Program-made: the position numbers and the translations under genes
Part shown: positions 29,415 through 38,793 of the stretch, one piece after another
How positions within the stretch are numbered: the first letter of the stretch is position 1
How the letters are laid out: the number at the start of each line of letters is the position of its first letter
Assembly: GCA_963701575.1 (NCBI GenBank)
Contig: CAVPAQ010000009.1
Location: forward strand, 14,607-78,606
Direction: 5' to 3'
DNA from: an uncultured Acidimicrobiaceae bacterium
GTDB taxonomy: Bacteria; Actinomycetota; Acidimicrobiia; Acidimicrobiales; Ilumatobacteraceae
DNA length: 64,000 bases
The notes under the pieces: model-generated
Database searches by the model: none
What the model was told of the DNA's origin: nothing
The model's input: only the letters and a program-made list of their open reading frames with translations

Positions 29415-29450
29415 GTGGTGATTTCTAGCGCGTTCGCGGGGTCATCCGCG

Positions 29451-30590
29451 TCACTCGTCGGCGGCCAACGCGGCTTTGAGTCGTTGGTGGATGAAGTAGA
29501 CGCCACGTTCTTCGAACGTGGCCAGCACACCGTCGGCATCGAGCCCGGCATCGTGCGACCGCTGGACAGCGAGACAGATCTCGATGTCCTGATCGTGGAC
29601 CAGGCGGTGGGCGCCGAGGATTCCGGCCAACGCCTCGGGAGAGCGCCCGGGGAGCACGTAGAGACGCCGTTCGACGCGGGCCGAATTGGCACTCGTCGGT
29701 TCCATCCACATCACGAGCGCCGCATCCGGAAAGACGTTGATCATGACGTTGGGCCAGATGGTCAGGTACGAACCCACGTCATAGGGACGCTCGGTGTCCG
29801 CCGCGAACAGCCGTTCCCAGCCCGGTTCCCCGGGGAGCAGCGTCGAGCGGATTCGCTCGTCGTCGACCGCGCCGGGGCGACGGAGGCGGTCCCACGCATA
29901 CAGGACGACACCATCGCTGACCATCGGGTAGTCCTCGGTCGAGGTCGTGTCGATCTCGGGATGCACGAAGGGCGTGTGGTAGTTCTCCGAGTAGTTCTCG
30001 AGCAACACCTTCCAGTTGAAACCCCGATCGTCTGACTCGCTGAGCACCAGTTCCATGGCCTCGAGCGGGCAGGCGTCGACGGCGTCGGCGAGCGGGCCCA
30101 GATCGAGCCTCGCACCCGGTGTGGCAAGGTCGACGAACACGAGCCGCCGCCAGGTCGCCACCCCGATCGGTTTCAGCGAATGGTCGGCGACATCGAAACC
30201 CTCCGGTTCGCCGACGCCGTGTGCCCTGGCCAGCGAGCCGTCGTGGCGGTACAGCCACGCGTGGTACGGGCATCGGATCACCGAACCCGAGCCCTCGTCG
30301 TCGCACAAGGGTGCCGCTCGATGTCGGCACACGTTGAGGAACCCGCGCAGCTCGCCATCTCGGTCGCGCACGAGCAGGACCGGGATCCCACCCACCGTGC
30401 GCGCCGACCAGGCTCCCGGCGCCGGAAGCTCGTCGGTGACGCCTGCACACACCCATCCGTTCCGGAACACCACCTGGCGTTCGTGTTCGAAGAACGCCGG
30501 ATCGGAGTACCACGCAGCGGGCAGGGTCGTGGCGGTCGTGATCCCCGGTGGATCGGGAATCCGCCTCAGCCCCGTGTCGTCGAGACTCAT
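29451..30590 (-). CDS. Rieske non-heme iron oxygenase alpha subunit (choline monooxygenase-like)
   Basis: CRH...CPYH Rieske ligands; NWK...ENYH.P.VH mononuclear iron site. Confidence 0.88.
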   Translation of the reverse strand: MSLDDTGLRRIPDPPGITTATTLPAAWYSDPAFFEHERQVVFRNGWVCAGVTDELPAPGAWSARTVGGIPVLLVRDRDGELRGFLNVCRHRAAPLCDDEGSGSVIRCPYHAWLYRHDGSLARAHGVGEPEGFDVADHSLKPIGVATWRRLVFVDLATPGARLDLGPLADAVDACPLEAMELVLSESDDRGFNWKVLLENYSENYHTPFVHPEIDTTSTEDYPMVSDGVVLYAWDRLRRPGAVDDERIRSTLLPGEPGWERLFAADTERPYDVGSYLTIWPNVMINVFPDAALVMWMEPTSANSARVERRLYVLPGRSPEALAGILGAHRLVHDQDIEICLAVQRSHDAGLDADGVLATFEERGVYFIHQRLKAALAADE

Positions 30591-30663
30591 CGATCGCCCG
30601 CGTCGACGAGCCCGTCGACGAGATCGCCCACGCATCGGTGGGCCCGGCGCGAGACCTTCGACA

Positions 30664-32091
30664 TCACGTCACCGCGCCGACTTCGAACAACTCGGAGACG
30701 TCGTCGGACGTCGCGCTCAGCATGCGTCCGAGACGATGCATGTTCTCGATCAGGCGATCGCCGTCGGCCGACGTGTGTGCGACCGAGAGCGTCCATGATT
30801 CGCTCTTGGCCCACGGTGCCAGGAAGACGCCGTTGTTGTGCTGCACGAGGTAGTTCAGGTGGCTCACTGCAGTGTCGATCGCCAGGAACTCGCGATAGTT
30901 CGTGGCGGGCCGATCATGCACGACGACCGACCCCTTGAAGCCGTGCACCACGCCGTAGGAGGGCAACCCGTGCTGGGTGAGCGCAGCGGTGCAGCCGGCG
31001 AACATCTCGCGCCCGATCGACTCGGCGCGGGCATAGGCGTCCTTGGTGAGCACCTCGGTCAGCACGGCCTTGGCCGCCGCCATCGTGAGCGGGTTCCCGT
31101 TGAACGTCCCGACCTGGTCGTAGCGGCCGTCGCTGATCGCACTCATCACCTCATCGGTTCCCCCGATCGCGCCGCAGGGCAGGCCACCGCCGAGTGCTTT
31201 GGCCAGACACACCATGTCGGGTCTGACACCGAACAACTCGACCGCGCCACCCCATGCCACGACGAGGCCGGTCTTGACCTCGTCGAAGGCCAGCAGGGCG
31301 TCGTTTCGCCGGGTGATCTCGCGCAGGCCTTCGAGGTAGCCCGGCGCAGGCGGGATGATCCCGGCGTTCATCATCATCGGCTCGATGATCATCCCTGCGA
31401 TCTGGCCAGGATGATCGGCGAACACTCGCTCGACCGCAGCGAGGTCGTTGTACGGCACGATCCGTACGAGATCGGCGATCACCTGCGGCACCCCCGGACC
31501 CGGAAATCGGCGGGGGTCGGCGACAGGTCCCAAGTCGTCGATCGAACCCCACAGCGACACGTTCAACAGGTCGTGGTGGCCGTGGTAGGTGCCCTCGACC
31601 TTGATCACCAGGTCACGCCCGGTGATGACGCGCATAAGGTGGACGGCATCCATCGTCGATTCGGTGCCCGAGTTGTTGAATCGCCATTGCGGAAGGCCGA
31701 ATCGATCGGCGAGCGCCTCCGCGACCACGATCGCATCCTCGACAGGTTGCGCGAAATGGGTGCCCTTGGCGACACGGCTCGCAACGGCATCGACGACCGC
31801 CGGGTTGGCGTGGCCGACGACGTTGACGCCGTACCCGGCGTGGTAGTCGACGTACTCGTTGCCATCGGCATCCCACACGTGGCTGCCGTTCCCGCGATCG
31901 ATCCAAACGGGAATCGGACGCGTGCTCGACCAGCTGGAGGTGACGCCACCGGGCATCGAGGCGAGCGCCCGCTCGTACAGTTCGCGCGAGCGGTGGTTGC
32001 GTTCGAGGAAGCGGGCTTCCTCGGCGCGAATCCGATCGTCGATCGTGCTGGTCGTGGTGGTGATGTCTGTCGACACGGGATGACTCCTCAT
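30664..32091 (-). CDS. Class III PLP aminotransferase (GSA-aminomutase-like)
   Basis: DADGNEYVDY, NSGTE, YHGH, FDEVKTG, LAKALGGGLP, GTFNGNP. Confidence 0.88.
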   Translation of the reverse strand: MRSHPVSTDITTTTSTIDDRIRAEEARFLERNHRSRELYERALASMPGGVTSSWSSTRPIPVWIDRGNGSHVWDADGNEYVDYHAGYGVNVVGHANPAVVDAVASRVAKGTHFAQPVEDAIVVAEALADRFGLPQWRFNNSGTESTMDAVHLMRVITGRDLVIKVEGTYHGHHDLLNVSLWGSIDDLGPVADPRRFPGPGVPQVIADLVRIVPYNDLAAVERVFADHPGQIAGMIIEPMMMNAGIIPPAPGYLEGLREITRRNDALLAFDEVKTGLVVAWGGAVELFGVRPDMVCLAKALGGGLPCGAIGGTDEVMSAISDGRYDQVGTFNGNPLTMAAAKAVLTEVLTKDAYARAESIGREMFAGCTAALTQHGLPSYGVVHGFKGSVVVHDRPATNYREFLAIDTAVSHLNYLVQHNNGVFLAPWAKSESWTLSVAHTSADGDRLIENMHRLGRMLSATSDDVSELFEVGAVT

Positions 32092-32107
32092 TGGATGACT
32101 CCTTGTC

Positions 32108-32125
32108 CTGACTGACCAGTCAGTC
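32108..32125. promoter_or_regulatory. Perfect palindrome between divergent catabolic operons (candidate TetR operator)
   Basis: CTGACTG-AC-CAGTCAG (32108-32123), also readable as GACTGAC-CA-GTCAGTC; abuts TAGGAT -10 at 32126. Confidence 0.65.
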
Positions 32126-32175
32126 TAGGATGTGCTGCAGCGCTGATCAAGCGCCTACACGAACCCGGACGCACC

Positions 32176-33300
32176 ATGGACCTCACCACCGACGCCACCG
32201 CGAAGATCGCCACATCGCTCTCGCCCACCCTCACCTCGGCCGACTACAGCTCGTCAGAGGTGTTCGAACTCGACCGGCAGCACATCTTCCACGCGGGATG
32301 GATGTACGTCTGCCATGTCGGTGGGGTGCCGGCCGGTACCCGGCGGGCGTTCGACATCGCCGGCGAGTCGGTGATCGTCAGCCGCGATCGCGATGGCAAG
32401 TTCCGAGCCTTCGGCAACGTGTGCCGACACCGCGGCGCTCAGCTCTGCCCGATCGGGCCAGGGGTGGCCACGGGCAGCATCAGGTGCCCGTACCACGCGT
32501 GGACGTACGGGCTCGACGGCGCATTGCTCGCGACGCCCCGGGTCGACGACGAGTTCGATCGCGGCGACTACGGGCTCTGGCCGTACCACGCCGAGCTCTG
32601 GAACGGGATGGTCTTCGTGTCCGTGGCCGACGAGCCTCCGCCGCTCGTCGACTGGCTGGAGCGCTGGACGCCCGGCCTGCACGATTTCGACGACGTCCCC
32701 GTCGCCGAGTATCGGCTGGGCGCCCGCACCGAGACGTTGGTGGCGGCGAACTGGAAGATCCTGATCGAGAACTACAACGAGTGTCTGCACTGTGCCGTCG
32801 TGCACCCCGAGCTGGTCGATGTCATCCCGATCTACCGCACCGGGCACGTCGTCGACCCCGACCGTGACGACGACATCGTCGACCTCCGGCAAGGCGCCAG
32901 CGCTCTCACGCTCGACGGCGAGACGCACCTGTCGACGTTGCCCGGTATCGCCGGCACGCCCGAGTACAGCGGTTTGGCGTTCTTCCCGAACCTCGAGTTC
33001 GACCTCACACCGACCAACCTCGCACTCACCTCGCTGTTTCCGATCGCCGCCGACGCGACGCTGGTCGTCGCCGAGTACCTGTTCGCAGCCGACGACGTCG
33101 CCCGACCCGATTTCGACCCGTCACCGGAGGTCGACTTCAACGAACTCGTCGGCGCGCAGGATTTCGAGGTGTGCGAAATGGTGCAGCGCGGCGTGTCGTC
33201 GCGGGCGTTCGCCGGTGGGGGTCTCACGGCCAAGGACGCCTACGTCACCGAGTTCGTGGCGCGGTATCTCGACATCCGAGGTCCACTCGCGCCAAACTGA
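32176..33300 (+). CDS. Rieske non-heme iron oxygenase alpha subunit (betaine demethylase-like)
   Basis: CRH...CPYH; ANWK...ENYNECLHC..VH; QDFEVCE. Confidence 0.88.
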   Translation: MDLTTDATAKIATSLSPTLTSADYSSSEVFELDRQHIFHAGWMYVCHVGGVPAGTRRAFDIAGESVIVSRDRDGKFRAFGNVCRHRGAQLCPIGPGVATGSIRCPYHAWTYGLDGALLATPRVDDEFDRGDYGLWPYHAELWNGMVFVSVADEPPPLVDWLERWTPGLHDFDDVPVAEYRLGARTETLVAANWKILIENYNECLHCAVVHPELVDVIPIYRTGHVVDPDRDDDIVDLRQGASALTLDGETHLSTLPGIAGTPEYSGLAFFPNLEFDLTPTNLALTSLFPIAADATLVVAEYLFAADDVARPDFDPSPEVDFNELVGAQDFEVCEMVQRGVSSRAFAGGGLTAKDAYVTEFVARYLDIRGPLAPN

Positions 33301-33351
33301 CCGATAACACTGCTCGGCAAGCCCGGGCATTACACACATAGGGGGAACCGG

Positions 33352-34650
33352 ATGGGCACGACCCGACGGCAGTTCATTGGTCAATCTGCGAGCCTGGGCG
33401 CCCTGCTCGGCATGGGCGTGCCGCTCCTGCAGGCGTGTGGAGGCGACGACGACGCCGCCTCTCCCGACACCACCGCCGGCGGCAGCGCGACGACCGCCGC
33501 GGGCACCGACACCACGGGCGTCACCGCGACGACCGCCGGTGGCGAGGTCACCGCCACGACGGCAGCTCCGATCGTCACGATTGCACCCACCGGCCGGGAA
33601 GTCACCGAGGCGATCGCAGACGGCCTCACACCCGAGGCCGGGCCGCTGCGGATCTTCAACTACGCCGATTACGTCAACCCCGACACGGTCGCGTCGTTCG
33701 AGGAGCAGTACGGCGTCAAGGTCGAGATCACCACGTTCGACGTCGACTCCGAGGCGATCACCAAGCTCGCCAACGGCTCGGTCGAGATCGACGTGTTCCA
33801 ATCGGCGGCCCCGAACTCGCTGGGCCGGTTGGTTGCGGGCGGCATCTTGCAGCCGCTCAACTTCTCGTACCTCTCCAACTTCTCCAACGTGCTCGACGCC
33901 TTCGCCGAGCCGTGGTACGACCCGGGCTCGAAATACACCGTCCCCTACACGGTTTTCTCGTCCGGCATCGCCTACCGAAACGACCGGATCGACCCCGCCA
34001 AGGTCGAAGAGTTGGGCTGGGACATCCTGTGGGACCCCACCTACAAGGGCGTCACCTCGATCCTCGACGATTACCGCGAGGGCATCTCCATGGCATTGCT
34101 GCGCAGGGGCATCACCGATGTCAACACCAGCGACCCTGCGCTGATCGAACAAGCCGGCGCCGACCTGGAAGAACTCGTCGGCCTGATGAACATCAAGGTC
34201 AACATCGAGGCCTACAAGGACATCCCCGAAGGCGCCACCGACCTCGCTCATACATGGAGCGGCGACATGCTGGCAGGCGTCTGGTACATGCCGGAGGGAA
34301 CCGACGCTTCGGTGCTCGGCTGGTGGTACCCACCCGACGGTGTGGGTGTCGTCAACAACGACTGCATGACGGTCACGGCCTCCGCCAAGAGTCCGGTGCT
34401 CGGTCACATGTGGATCAACCACCTGCTCGACGCTGCGAATGCCGAGGAGAACTTCGGCTGGAACGGATATCTGCCACCGATCAAGGGCCTCGACGCCGAC
34501 TATCTGATCGAGAACGAGTATGCGCCCGAGAATCTCCGGTCCGCGGTGCTCACCGACGAGATCATCGCCAAGGGTCTGCGGTTCGAACCCCTTCCCGTCG
34601 AGGTCGACCGCCTGTGGGAGGACACCTGGTCGAAGTTCACGGCCGGCTGA
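33352..34650 (+). CDS. PotD-like ABC substrate-binding lipoprotein, Tat-exported
   Basis: TRRQF twin-arginine, LLQAC lipobox, Thr-rich linker, NYADY, WSGD. Confidence 0.9.
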   Translation: MGTTRRQFIGQSASLGALLGMGVPLLQACGGDDDAASPDTTAGGSATTAAGTDTTGVTATTAGGEVTATTAAPIVTIAPTGREVTEAIADGLTPEAGPLRIFNYADYVNPDTVASFEEQYGVKVEITTFDVDSEAITKLANGSVEIDVFQSAAPNSLGRLVAGGILQPLNFSYLSNFSNVLDAFAEPWYDPGSKYTVPYTVFSSGIAYRNDRIDPAKVEELGWDILWDPTYKGVTSILDDYREGISMALLRRGITDVNTSDPALIEQAGADLEELVGLMNIKVNIEAYKDIPEGATDLAHTWSGDMLAGVWYMPEGTDASVLGWWYPPDGVGVVNNDCMTVTASAKSPVLGHMWINHLLDAANAEENFGWNGYLPPIKGLDADYLIENEYAPENLRSAVLTDEIIAKGLRFEPLPVEVDRLWEDTWSKFTAG

Positions 34651-34653
34651 GTC

Positions 34654-35592
34654 GTGACCGCGACGATCGAGGCCGTCGAGGACGTCACCCCGCGACCCGG
34701 CCGACAGCGCGCGGGGTTCTGGGCAGCGCTGGCCGCGCCCGGAACCCTGTGGCTGATCGCCCTGTTCGTCGTGCCGGCGTACGCGATCCTCGCCGTCGCA
34801 TTCGGAGGCATCGACCCGATCCTGCGAACCACCGCGCCCGAGTGGAACCCGCTCGCGTGGGATTTCGGCGCGATGCGGAATGTGCTCGACCGCGTGTTCA
34901 ACGAGGACCTCCGTCACGTGTTCGTCCGCACGGGATTGTTCGCCTCGGCCGCGCTGGCCGGCTGCTGCCTGATCGGATACCCGGTCGCGTACTACGTCGC
35001 CCGATCTGCGCAGCGCTCGCGAGGGGCACTGCTGGCGCTCTTGGTGCTGCCGTTCTGGATCAGCTATCTGATGCGCATGCTGGCCTGGGTCAACCTGCTG
35101 CAGACCGACGGCTACGTGAACAAGGTGCTCGGTTGGTTGCAGATCGGATCAGGCTCGCGCAACTGGCTCGACGGTGACTGGCCGACGGTGGTGATGGGGC
35201 TGATCTACGGCTACATTCCCTTCTTCATCCTGCCGTTGTACGCGGCGCTCGAGCGGCTCGACGGCCGGTTGATCGAGGCCTCCCGGGATCTGGGTGCCTC
35301 GTCGGTGTGGACGTTCATCCGCGTCACGCTGCCGTTGTCGATCCCCGGCCTGATGGCGGCGTCGGTGATCGTCGTCCTGCCGATGTGCGGCGACTACTAC
35401 ACCAACACCTATCTGACTGGCGGTTCGCCGCGCACCGAGATGGTCGGCAACCAGATCGAGTTCTTCCTCCGGGGGTCGAGCCAACCCCAGACGGGCGCAT
35501 CGCTGGTGATCATCCTGATGGGCTTCTTGATGGTGCTGATGGCGTACTACCTCGTCACCATCGCCCGTTCGCAACGCGAGGGCGCACGCTGA
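34654..35592 (+). CDS. PotB-like ABC permease
   Basis: LPFWISYLMR, EASRDLGA EAA loop. Confidence 0.9.
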   Translation: MTATIEAVEDVTPRPGRQRAGFWAALAAPGTLWLIALFVVPAYAILAVAFGGIDPILRTTAPEWNPLAWDFGAMRNVLDRVFNEDLRHVFVRTGLFASAALAGCCLIGYPVAYYVARSAQRSRGALLALLVLPFWISYLMRMLAWVNLLQTDGYVNKVLGWLQIGSGSRNWLDGDWPTVVMGLIYGYIPFFILPLYAALERLDGRLIEASRDLGASSVWTFIRVTLPLSIPGLMAASVIVVLPMCGDYYTNTYLTGGSPRTEMVGNQIEFFLRGSSQPQTGASLVIILMGFLMVLMAYYLVTIARSQREGAR

Positions 35593-36434
35593 TGAGGCGG
35601 CGTCGGGTCGGAGCACTGGCGATCATCACCTGGCTGTACGTGCTGTGGTCGCTGGTGCCCGTGCTGATCGCAGTTCGGATCTCGTTCAATTCGGGCAAGA
35701 GCCGCTCGGCGTTCCAGTCGATGTCGATGCGTTGGTACTGGGACGACCCGTCATCGGTGTGGCAGAGCGATGAGCTGCAATCGGCCCTGTCGAATACGTT
35801 GAAGCTGGCCGGCTTGACGATGCTGATCGCGACACCGCTGGGGGTAGCGATGGCGATCGGGCTCCAACGCTGGCGGGGCAAGGTGTCGCGGGGCGCCAAC
35901 AATCTCATGTTGCTCCCACTCGTGACCCCCGAGATCGTCGTCGGCGTGTCGTTGTTCCTCGTCTTCACACAGATCTACACCACGGTGCCGCGCGGCTTCA
36001 CCACACAGCTCCTGGGTCACGTCACGTTCACCCTCTCGTACGTCGTGATCATCGTGCGCGGCCGCCTGCTGTCGATCGGCATCCACTTCGAGGAGGCGGC
36101 ACGCGACCTCGGAGCGACACGGATACAGGCGATGCGAATGGTGTTGCTCCCCCAGCTCGGCCCCGCGATCTTCGCCAGCCTGATGGTGGTGTTCGCGACG
36201 TCGGTCGACGACTTCGTCATCTCGTCGTTCCTGTCGACGGGCACGTCGACCGAGACGGTACCGATCAAGATCTATTCGACCGCCCGGGCGGCAGCGACCC
36301 CGAACGTGAACGCCTTGGCCACCGTGATGCTGCTGATCACGCTCGCCGCTGTGGCACTTGCCGCGCTGGTCATGCGCCTGTTCCGCAAGGGCGGCGTCGG
36401 TGGCGACACCGGCCTGACCAGCATGAGCATCTGA
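35592..36434 (+). CDS. PotC-like ABC permease
   Basis: PEIVVG, EEAARDLGA, SVDDF; start overlaps the previous stop. Confidence 0.9.
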   Translation: MRRRRVGALAIITWLYVLWSLVPVLIAVRISFNSGKSRSAFQSMSMRWYWDDPSSVWQSDELQSALSNTLKLAGLTMLIATPLGVAMAIGLQRWRGKVSRGANNLMLLPLVTPEIVVGVSLFLVFTQIYTTVPRGFTTQLLGHVTFTLSYVVIIVRGRLLSIGIHFEEAARDLGATRIQAMRMVLLPQLGPAIFASLMVVFATSVDDFVISSFLSTGTSTETVPIKIYSTARAAATPNVNALATVMLLITLAAVALAALVMRLFRKGGVGGDTGLTSMSI

Positions 36435-36527
36435 CGACCGCGAGGCGGCGGTCCTGGCGGTGTCCGGCGACGTGCGAGGATGACGCACCGACACGCCGCT
36501 GTCGCGTCCCAACGATCGGAGTGGAGC

Positions 36528-37334
36528 ATGTCCGGTTTCCAACTCGCCGAGCTCCAGGCTCGGCGGTACGAGGAGGTCACGAGTGTGTTCATGAGTGGCT
36601 CGGCTGCGCTGCTCGCCAACTCGTGTGGGCTCGAGCCAGGCGATTCGGTGCTCGACGTCGCCTGTGGCACCGGGCTGGTCGCCCGTCATGCCTGGCCGCT
36701 CGTCGGCGCCGACGGTCGCGTGGTCGGCACCGACGTCAACCCGGCGATGTTGGCGGTCGCCCGTTCGGTGTTGGCCTCGTTGAGCGCCGACGTCGAATGG
36801 TTCGAGGCCCCCGCCGCAACCCAGCCGTTCGACGACGATTGCTTCGATCGCGTGTTGTGCCAGCAGGGCCTGCAGTTCTTCCCTGATCCTGTGGCGGCTG
36901 TCGCAGAAGCGATGCGGGTGCTCTCACCCGGCGGTCGGCTCCACGCCACGATCTGGGCGACGCCCGGCCACAACCCGTACATCGAGCGCCAGCTCGACAT
37001 GCTCGCTCAACTCGACGGGGCGCTGGTGCCGTCGCTGCGCGCCGCGACACCCGAGCGGGCCGACGAGTCGATGTTGCGATGGGCCTCCGAGGCGGGATGC
37101 GCAGACGCATCGATCGATCTGCTCGAGCACACCGTTCCACTCACCGACGTCGCCGCGTTCTTCCTGCAACAGACCGCCTCGACGCCGTGGGCGCCAGCAC
37201 TCATCGCTCTCGGAGACGAGGACCGCGATCTGCTCGCGGCCGACATGGCACAGACCCTTGCACCGTTCCGCGACCCGTCCGGCGTTCACCACGTGCCGTT
37301 CTGCTCGTATCGGCTGACCGCCACGGCCGGCTGA
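36528..37334 (+). CDS. Class I SAM-dependent methyltransferase
   Basis: VLDVACGTG, CQQGLQFFPD, LSPGG. Confidence 0.88.
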   Translation: MSGFQLAELQARRYEEVTSVFMSGSAALLANSCGLEPGDSVLDVACGTGLVARHAWPLVGADGRVVGTDVNPAMLAVARSVLASLSADVEWFEAPAATQPFDDDCFDRVLCQQGLQFFPDPVAAVAEAMRVLSPGGRLHATIWATPGHNPYIERQLDMLAQLDGALVPSLRAATPERADESMLRWASEAGCADASIDLLEHTVPLTDVAAFFLQQTASTPWAPALIALGDEDRDLLAADMAQTLAPFRDPSGVHHVPFCSYRLTATAG

Positions 37335-37356
37335 CTCACGAACGCTCGGCGCCTCG

Positions 37357-38148
37357 TCAGCCGGGGCGGCGGGCTCGGATGTGGTGCGGGCAGTGCTCGC
37401 CGGATTCGAGCACGGGGACCATCGCCGTCCAGGTGGCGATCTGGCGGTTCAGGGCCTCGGCACCGATGACGGCCTCGAACCGTTCGCGCTCCGAGCCGGT
37501 GAGCCGTTCGAGCTCGTGGCGGGCGACCTCGCGGTACCACTCGTTGCGATCGATCAACTCGATGTCGACGAAGCCGGCCGCTTCCAGTGCGGCGCGATAG
37601 CGATCCGGCGACGCCATGCCGAAGTCGAGCGCCTCGGCCGCGATGTAGGCGGCCATCTCCGGTGACGGCTCGTGATCGTGTGCGATCAACCAGTCGCTGG
37701 CGACGAACCAGCCCCCTGGCCGCAGCACCCGGAACACATCGGCGGCGAGCGTCTCCTTGTCGGGGATGTGGACGATCGAGTCCTTGCTGAACACGATGTC
37801 GATGCTGCTGTCGTCGAACGGCAGCGGGCCCGGAGCGACCCGACGGATCTCGATCCGGTCGGTGAGCCCTTGGCGCTCGACTCGAGCGCGCGCCTGCTCG
37901 CACACGGGCGATTCGACATCGATGCCGATCACCCTGCCGGCGCCGTGCTCGCGCACCAGCACGATCGTCACACCGCCCGAACCACATCCGATGTCGACCA
38001 CCGACTTGCCGCTGAAGTCGACCCCTGCGACCGTGCGGGCCACCTCCTCGGGGCCGCCGGGCGACAAGAACCCGTCGCCCCACAACTCCTCCAAGAAGAT
38101 GATCTCGTGCTCACCGTAGAGCACGTCGTCGTCGAGTTCCTCACCCAC
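37357..38148 (-). CDS. SAM-dependent N-methyltransferase, phosphoethanolamine methyltransferase-like
   Basis: WGDGFLSPGG, VDIGCGSGG, FSKDSIVHIPDK, LRPGG..SDW. Confidence 0.8.
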   Translation of the reverse strand: MGEELDDDVLYGEHEIIFLEELWGDGFLSPGGPEEVARTVAGVDFSGKSVVDIGCGSGGVTIVLVREHGAGRVIGIDVESPVCEQARARVERQGLTDRIEIRRVAPGPLPFDDSSIDIVFSKDSIVHIPDKETLAADVFRVLRPGGWFVASDWLIAHDHEPSPEMAAYIAAEALDFGMASPDRYRAALEAAGFVDIELIDRNEWYREVARHELERLTGSERERFEAVIGAEALNRQIATWTAMVPVLESGEHCPHHIRARRPG

Positions 38149-38266
38149 GTCTCACGCCTCCTCCGCTCGTCACCACATCCGACGCCAACAGGATGCCCAA
38201 CCGTCGGAACGATCCACGAACCGGCCGAACACCATCGAACGCAGCGCGGGATTCTCGACATCCCGC

Positions 38267-38294
38267 GCAACGGATCGATGCCCATGCGCGTCTA
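38267..38294 (+). promoter_or_regulatory. ECF-type promoter upstream of the ECF sigma gene
   Basis: GCAAC-N17-CGTCTA directly before in-frame starts at 38296-38302. Confidence 0.6.
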
Positions 38295-38298
38295 CATG

Positions 38299-38793
38299 GT
38301 GATGAGTTGGAATGATCCATGCGTGGCGCAGCACACTCGAACCGGCGACTGGCCAGACGAGTTGATGACCGAGTACACCCAACGATTCGAGCCGTTGGTG
38401 CGGGTGGCGACGATGATGCTGGGCTCGCGCGGCGAGGCAGAAGAGGTCGTGCAGGAGGCCTTCATCGCCACCGCCAGGAACTGGTCGCACGTCAACGACG
38501 TCCGGCCGTACGTGCGGCGGGCGGTCGTCAATGGGTCGAACGGGGTGCTGCGACGTCGGCGAACCAGCGAGCGGTTCCGTCCCGACCCGCCACCCGACGA
38601 TGCGCCGGACCAGCTGGTCGATCTGCGCGACCTGCTGTTGACGCTGCCATCGCGACAACGCCAAGTGTTGGTCCTGCGGTTCGTCGAGGATCTCGCCGAC
38701 GACGACATCGCCGACTTGCTCGGTTGCCGTCGGTCCACCGTTCGCTCGCTGGCCGCCCGCGGCCTCGCACTGATTCGCAAGGAGTTGTCATGA
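38299..38793 (+). CDS. ECF RNA polymerase sigma factor
   Basis: AEEVVQEAF region 2; LPSRQRQVLVLRF...IADLLGC...TVRS region 4; exact start uncertain. Confidence 0.85.
   Translation: MMSWNDPCVAQHTRTGDWPDELMTEYTQRFEPLVRVATMMLGSRGEAEEVVQEAFIATARNWSHVNDVRPYVRRAVVNGSNGVLRRRRTSERFRPDPPPDDAPDQLVDLRDLLLTLPSRQRQVLVLRFVEDLADDDIADLLGCRRSTVRSLAARGLALIRKELS

Noticed and set aside
30664-32091. Assignment as hemL
   Set aside because: GSA-aminomutase-like, but the context is amine catabolism with no heme genes.
38207-38240. Four GAAC tetramers at roughly 10-bp spacing
   Set aside because: Short, uneven spacing (11, 9, 10), no GTTC partner for a LexA box.
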